From contig NZ_JBMNUS010000013.1 of NCBI RefSeq assembly GCF_050946405.1, positions 71,443-135,442 on the forward strand: a stretch of 64,000 nt of DNA, read 5' to 3'. The notes under the pieces were generated by a model. It did no database searches, was not told the origin of the DNA, and saw only the letters and a program-made list of their open reading frames with translations. This DNA comes from Pseudochelatococcus sp. (lineage in GTDB: Bacteria > Pseudomonadota > Alphaproteobacteria > Rhizobiales > Beijerinckiaceae). Positions 30,701-36,357 of this stretch are shown piece after piece. Position 1 is the stretch's first letter; every line of letters begins with the position of its first letter. A program made the position numbers and the translations under genes.

Positions 30701-33700
30701 TCGTCGCGCGGGAGCGGGCCATCGCCGCCGAGCCCTTCGCGCTGGAGCGCGCGCCGCTCTGGCGGGCGGTGCTGCTGCGCGGGGGGCAAGGGGATATCGA
30801 GCCGGCGGGCGACCGTCTGGTGTTCGTGCTGCATCATGCCATTGCCGATGTGTGGTCGGTCGGCGTTTTCGTGCGGGATTTTCTGGCGTTGTACGCAGAG
30901 GCCGGCGGCGCACGGCTGCCGGCGCTGGCGCTGCAATACCGGGATTATGCGGTCTGGCAGGTGGGGCGGCCGGAGCCGCATCTTGACTGGTGGGTCGCGG
31001 CGCTGGCGGATGCGCCCCGGCTGGAGCTGCGGCCCGACCGGCCGCGCCCGCCGCTCAAGACCTTCAACGGCGATCATGTCGTTCTCGATGTGCCGGGGCC
31101 GGTCGCGGCGGCCCTCAAGGCGCTTGCCGCCGTCAACGGCGCGAGCGCGTTCACGGCGGTGGTCGCGGCGCTCTGCAACCTGCTGTGGGAAGAGACGGAG
31201 GCGCGCGACATCGTCATCGGCACGGTGACGGCGGGGCGCGACCATCCGGCGCTCGCGGACCAGATCGGTTTCTTCGTCAACACGCTGGCGCTGCGCGCGC
31301 GGGTGGCGCCGGAGGCGGGCTTCCTGCCGCTGCTCGCGGGCGTGCGCGATGCGCTGCTGGCGGCGGCCGAACATGGCGATACGCCGCTCGACCGGGTGGT
31401 CGAGGCGTTGAACCGCCCGCGCGATCCGGCGCGCAATCCGCTGTTCGAGGTCGTCGTGGTCATGGACGACCGCGAGGAGATCGACCGGCTGCTCGCCGGC
31501 ACCGGCTTCGCGCTCGCGGAAATCGACACGGCGACGGCGCAGTTCGACCTCACGCTTTATGTCACCGACGGCGCGGACGGCATCCGCATCAAGGCGACCT
31601 ACAATACCGACCTGTTCGACCGCGCCCGCATCGAGGGACTGATGGCGCGGCTGGCGGGGCTGATGGCGGGGGCGGCCGCCGATCCGGCGCGCGCGCTCGC
31701 CGCGCGGGCGCAGGGGGGCAGGGCGGCGCATGGTTCCGCGCCTGGCCAACGGCAAGGCTACGCGCCGTCGCGCCATCAGGAGCGGCTGTGGTTCGTGGAT
31801 CACTTCGAGCGCGGCGTGCTCTATCCGTCCGGGCCGACCTATTACAACATGCCGTTCGTGGTGCGCGTCGACGGCGCGGTCGATGCCGCGCGGCTCGCGG
31901 CTGCCGCTGCGGCGCTTGCGGCGCGGCATGAGGCGCTGCGCGCGGCGCTCGTCACGCAGGGCGACCGTCCGGCCGTCGAGGTCGCGGCGGCTGCGGCGCT
32001 GCCGGTTGCGGAGATTGCGGCGCCGGCGGGGGCGGGGCTTGCCGCAGTCGAGGAGGCGAGCCGCGCGGCCTTCGACCTCGATACGCCGCCGCTCGCCCGT
32101 CTGACGCTCTGCCGCGAGGCGGGGAGCGGCGCCTGCTGGCTCGCCCTGACGGTTCATCACGCCATGGGCGACCGGGCGGCGCTGCGCACGCTGGCGGAGG
32201 AACTCGCCCGCCTTTATGCCGACCCGGCCGCCGCCCTGCCGGAAATCCGCCCCTTCGGCGCGGCCCATGCGCTGCCGGAGCGGGCGGTGGAGGCCGGCCA
32301 TGAGGCGGATGCCGCCTATTGGCGCGAGGCGCTGGCGGGCGTTTCCGCGCTCGTGCTGCCGACGGACCGGCCCCGCCCCGCGATCCACACCTTCACGGCG
32401 GGCCGCGTCGCGGGGCGGCTCGACGCGGCGCTGCGCGGGCGGATCGACGCGCTGGCGGCGGCGCTCGGCGTGAGCCGGGCGGATGTGCTGCGCGCCGGTT
32501 ATCAGGCGTTGCTGCATCGTCTTTCCGGCCAGCGGGATGTCGTCATCGGCGAGACCGTGCAGCCGCCGCAACCGGCGCGGACGGTCGGGCCGCTCGCCAA
32601 TCTCCTGCCCTTGCGGCTCGACGTGGAGGCCGGCGAGGGCTTTGCCGCGCTGGTGCGGCGCGCGGCGGCGCGGCGGCAGGCGGATGCGGCGCATGGCGCG
32701 ATCCCCTTCGATCTGCTGGTGCTGGCGGTGAAGCCGCGCAACGACATGAGCCGCACGGCGCTGTTCGATGTGCTGTTCCACCATGAGAATGCGACCGCCG
32801 CCCTGCCGGCCGGGTGGGCGGCGGTCGACACCGGGCTCGGCTGGGGCAAGTACGATTTCGTGCTGTCCGTGGTGCCGGATGGCGACGGGCTGGCGGTGAG
32901 CCTCGTCTACAACCGCGACCTTTTCGACGCCGCCAGCGCGCAGGCCGTCCACGCGCGCTACGGGCAACTGCTGGCGGCGGCGCTGGCGCAGCCGGAGCGG
33001 CCGCTGTCTGCGCTCGACATCATGCTGCCGGGAGAGCGCGCGGCGCTGCTGGCCGAAGCCGGCGAGGTGGCCGATTACCCGCGCGGCCTCACGCTCACGG
33101 CGCGTTTCGAGGAGATGGCGGCGCGCCACGGGGCGCGCATCGCCGTCACCGACACCGACGGGGAACTGACCTATGCGGCGCTCGACGCGCGCGCCAACCG
33201 GCTGGCGCATCGCCTGCGCGCGCTCGGCGCGGGACCGGAGGCGCTGGTCGGGCTGTTCGTGGGGCGCACCTGGCGCATTCCCGCTGGCATTCTCGGCATT
33301 CTCAAGGCGGGCGCGGGCTATGTGCCGATCGATCCCGCCTATCCCGACGAGCGCATCCGCTTCATGGTGGCGGATTCGGGCATGCGGCTCATCGTCACCG
33401 ACGCTGAAAACGCGGCGGCGGCGCACCGCCTCGGCATTGCTACGGTGGTGATCGATGATCTGGCGGAGGACCTGCCCGTCGCGGCGACACCCGAAAATGC
33501 CGCGCCCGAAAATGCTGCGCCCGAGAACGTCGCTTACGTCATCTACACGTCCGGTTCCACCGGCATGCCCAAGGGCTGCGTCATCGAGCACCGCAACGTC
33601 ATCCAGCTCTTCTTCCACGAGGGGCGGCCGTTCGCCTTCGGGCCGGATGACGTGTGGAGCCTGTTCCACTCCGCCTGTTTCGACTTCTCGACGTGGGAGA

Positions 33701-36354
33701 TCTACGGCGCGCTGCTCTTCGGCGGCCGGCTCGTCGTCGTGCCGCAGGCGCTGACGCGTGAGCCCGCCGCCTTTCTGGAACTCGTCGCCCGCGAGGGGGT
33801 GACGGTGCTGAGCCAGACGCCGACCGCCTTTTACGGGCTGATCGAGGCGGCCCGGCAGCGCCCCGGCCTGCATCTTGCGCTGCGCGAGATCGTCTTCGGC
33901 GGGGAAGCGCTGGCGCCGGCCCGGCTTGCCCCGTGGCGGGCGCTCCACCCGGCCGCGCGCCTCGTCAACATGTACGGCATCACCGAAACGACGGTGCATG
34001 TGACGTTCAGGGAGATCGGCGACGCCGAGATCGCGGAGGGCCGCAGCGTCATCGGCCGGCCGCTGCCGTCCTGCGGCGTGTTGCTCGTCGGCCCCGATCT
34101 CGCGCCCTGCCCGCGGGGCGTGGCCGGCGAGATCGTGGTCGCGGGCCACGGCGTCGCCCGCCGCTACCTGAACCGGCCGGAACTCACGGCGGAGCGCTTC
34201 ATCGCGCACCCGGACCTGCCCGGCGGGCGCGTCTACCGCTCCGGCGATCTCGGCCGGATCGGGCTTGACGGCGAGCTGGTCTATCTCGGCCGCATGGACG
34301 ATCAGGTCAAGATACGCGGCTTTCGCATCGAGCCTGGCGAGATCGAGCGCCGGCTGGTCGCGCATCCCGCGATCCGCGATGCGGCCGTTCTCGCCGAGGG
34401 CGGCGAGGGCGGCGAGGGCGCGGCGGGCGAGAGCCTCTGCGCCTGTGTCGTCACCGATGCGCCGCCCGGCCGCGAGGAGCTGTTTCACTATCTGGCGGAC
34501 AAGCTGCCCGACTACATGATTCCGTCGCGCTTCCTGCGCGTGGCGCGCATCCCGCTCACGGCCAACGGCAAGGCGGACCGCCGGCGGCTCGCGGCGGAGG
34601 GCGGCGAGGCGATCGGCGCGGGGGGCGGCGCGGAGGAAGGCCGGGCGCCGCGAACGCCACTGCAAAAGGCGGTGGCGCGCATCTGGTGCGAGGTGCTGGG
34701 CGTGCCGCAGGTGGGGCTCGACGACAATTTCTTCGCGCTCGGCGGCCATAGCCTCAAGGCCAATCAGGTCGTGGTGCGCATCCGCCAGCGCCTCGGCGGC
34801 AGTCTCGACCTGCGCGATTTCTTCAGCGCGCAGACGCTCGCCGTGCTGGTCGAGCTGATCGAGCGGCGCGGGCTCGGCGCGGCGGGCACTATTGCCCCGG
34901 CGCCGTCCGCGCCCGACTATCCGCTCTCCTTCGCGCAGCGCCGGCTGTGGCTGGTGCAGAACATGAACCCCGATAGGGTGGCCTACAACATGGCCGGCGC
35001 CTTCGTCGTGGAGGGGGCCGTCGACCGGGAGCGGCTGGCGGCGGCGTTCCGGGCGCTGGCGGTGCGCCACGAGATCCTGCGCACGCGCTTCGTCTCGCGC
35101 CACGGCGAGCCCCGGCAGGTGGTGGATGCCGGCATCGACGGGCATATGGCGGTGTTCGAGGCCGGCCATGACGCGGGAAGCGGCGGGATGGCGGCCGTGG
35201 AGCGGCTGCTCGCGGCGGAGCTTCGCCATGTCTTCGATCTCGCGCGCGGGCCGCTGGCGCGGGTGCATCTGGCGGAGCTGCCCGTCAAAGGGCACGGCGG
35301 CTGCGCCATCATCATCAACCTGCATCATATCGTCTCCGACGGCTGGTCGGTGACGGTCATGCTGCGCGAGCTGGAGGCGCTCTACCGCGCGGCGCTGGCT
35401 GCGCCGCAGGCGACGCCGGCGGAGATCGCGGCGCGGGCCGGGCTGCCGGCGCTGCCGGTCCAGTACCGGGACTATGCCTTGTGGCAGCACGGCGAGGCGG
35501 CGGGCGAAGGGTTGCGGGCGGCCCGCTCCTACTGGCTCGCCCGCTTCGAGGACGAGGCGCCGGCGCTGGAACTGCCGGCCGACCGGCCGCGTCCGCATAC
35601 GCCCGGCGGGGCCGGCGCCATCGTGCATGCCGTGCTCGACGAGGAACTGACGCAGGCGCTGAGGGACCTCGCGCGCCGCCACGACATGAGCCTGTTCGGC
35701 GTGCTCGCCGCGCTCGTGCGGGTGCAGCTCGCGCTCCTGTCGGGGCAGGACGACATCACCATCGGCACGCCGGTCGCCGGCCGCAACCTGCTGGAGCTGG
35801 AGGGGCAGATCGGCTTCTACCTCAACCTGCTGGCGCTGCGCGGCCGCATCGGGCCGCAGGATGCCTTCGGCGATGTCCTGAAGGCGGAGCGCACCCTGGT
35901 GCTCGACGCCTTCGCCCATGAAGCCTGTCCGTTCGACCTCCTGGTCGGGGAGCTGGGCGTCACGCCGGAGCGCGGCCGCCATCCGCTTTTCGACGTGCTG
36001 ATCATTCTCCAGAACAACGAGCCCGTGCGCCTCGACCTTGCCGGGAGCCGGGGCGCGCCGCTGCGCGATACCAGCATCAGCGCCAAATACGATCTCAACT
36101 ATATGTTCGAGGACCGGCCGGCGCTCGAACTGCTGCTGGAATACGCGGCGGATCTTTTCGATGCGGACACGGCCCGCCGCATCGCCGGGGATTTCGTCGC
36201 CCTCGCGCGGGCGGTCGCCGCCGATCCCTCCATCGGCGTCGACAGCCTGCGGGATCGCATGCAGCGGGCCGTGCCGCCGCCGGATGCGCCAGCGGCGGAT
36301 GTGCTGGCGCATGACGCGGCGCATGGTGCGGCTTTTGCCGATGACGGGTGGTGA
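21712..36354 (+). CDS. Hybrid FAAL-PKS-aminotransferase-NRPS megasynthase: FAAL-ACP-KS-AT-ACP-AMT-C-(A remnant)-PCP-C-C-A-PCP-C
   Basis: A single ORF (21640..36354; the 21640 codon is TTG) carries all the motifs listed in the domain features below. The most likely ATG starts are 21712 (MSATIRQ) or 21763 ([14 protein letters not shown]). Confidence 0.95.
   Translation: [4880 protein letters not shown]
21850..23490 (+). other. Domain: fatty acyl-AMP ligase / acyl ligase (FAAL-like adenylation domain)
   Basis: [22 protein letters not shown] (about 22290-22350), [37 protein letters not shown], and a terminal SGKVQRF. Confidence 0.85.
23560..23790 (+). other. Domain: ACP1
   Basis: [19 protein letters not shown]; the candidate Ppant Ser codon is at 23668..23670. 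Confidence 0.7.
23845..25110 (+). other. Domain: ketosynthase (KS)
   Basis: VDTACSS with Cys at 24340..24342, [27 protein letters not shown], and it ends at [10 protein letters not shown]. Confidence 0.9.
25370..26290 (+). other. Domain: acyltransferase (cis-AT, malonyl-type signature)
   Basis: [16 protein letters not shown] with Ser at 25651..25653, and SHAFHSP (the HAFH motif is associated with malonyl-CoA selection). Confidence 0.85.
26530..26770 (+). other. Domain: ACP2
   Basis: [18 protein letters not shown]; Ser codon at 26644..26646. Confidence 0.85.
27080..28390 (+). other. Domain: PLP-dependent class III aminotransferase (AMT, glutamate-1-semialdehyde aminomutase-like)
   Basis: [42 protein letters not shown], and [13 protein letters not shown] with the candidate PLP Lys at 27892..27894. 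Confidence 0.85.
28450..29690 (+). other. Domain: condensation C1
   Basis: HHIVADGWS at 28825. Confidence 0.85.
29700..30150 (+). other. Vestigial adenylation-domain remnant (C-terminal subdomain only, motifs decayed)
   Basis: There are only about 190 codons between the end of C1 and the PCP1 serine. WADTGRL stands in place of A7, [22 protein letters not shown] in place of A8, and DAGGRALLR in place of A10. No A1-A6 motifs are present. Confidence 0.7.
30170..30390 (+). other. Domain: PCP1
   Basis: [11 protein letters not shown]; Ser codon at 30271..30273. Confidence 0.9.
30420..31700 (+). other. Domain: condensation C2
   Basis: [16 protein letters not shown] at the start; HHAIADVWS at 30832. 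Confidence 0.85.
31760..33010 (+). other. Domain: condensation-like C3 (tandem to C2, atypical active-site context HHAMGDRAA)
   Basis: It starts [30 protein letters not shown], with HHAMGD at 32155. No carrier domain lies between C2 and C3. Confidence 0.75.
33070..34600 (+). other. Domain: adenylation A2 (by-eye code DFWSVGMVHK, Thr-like)
   Basis: [14 protein letters not shown] (about 33540), [51 protein letters not shown]. Confidence 0.85.
33490..33534 (+). repeat. In-frame 15-bp tandem repeat x3 ([15 protein letters not shown]) inside A2
   Basis: cccgaaaatgccgcg / cccgaaaatgctgcg / cccgagaacgtcgct, read directly. Confidence 0.9.
34650..34870 (+). other. Domain: PCP2
   Basis: [11 protein letters not shown]; Ser codon at 34750..34752. 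Confidence 0.9.
34915..36354 (+). other. Domain: C-terminal condensation C4
   Basis: [16 protein letters not shown] at the start; HHIVSDGWS at 35323. The protein ends about 340 codons later with no carrier or TE domain. Confidence 0.85.
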
Positions 36355-36357
36355 GCC

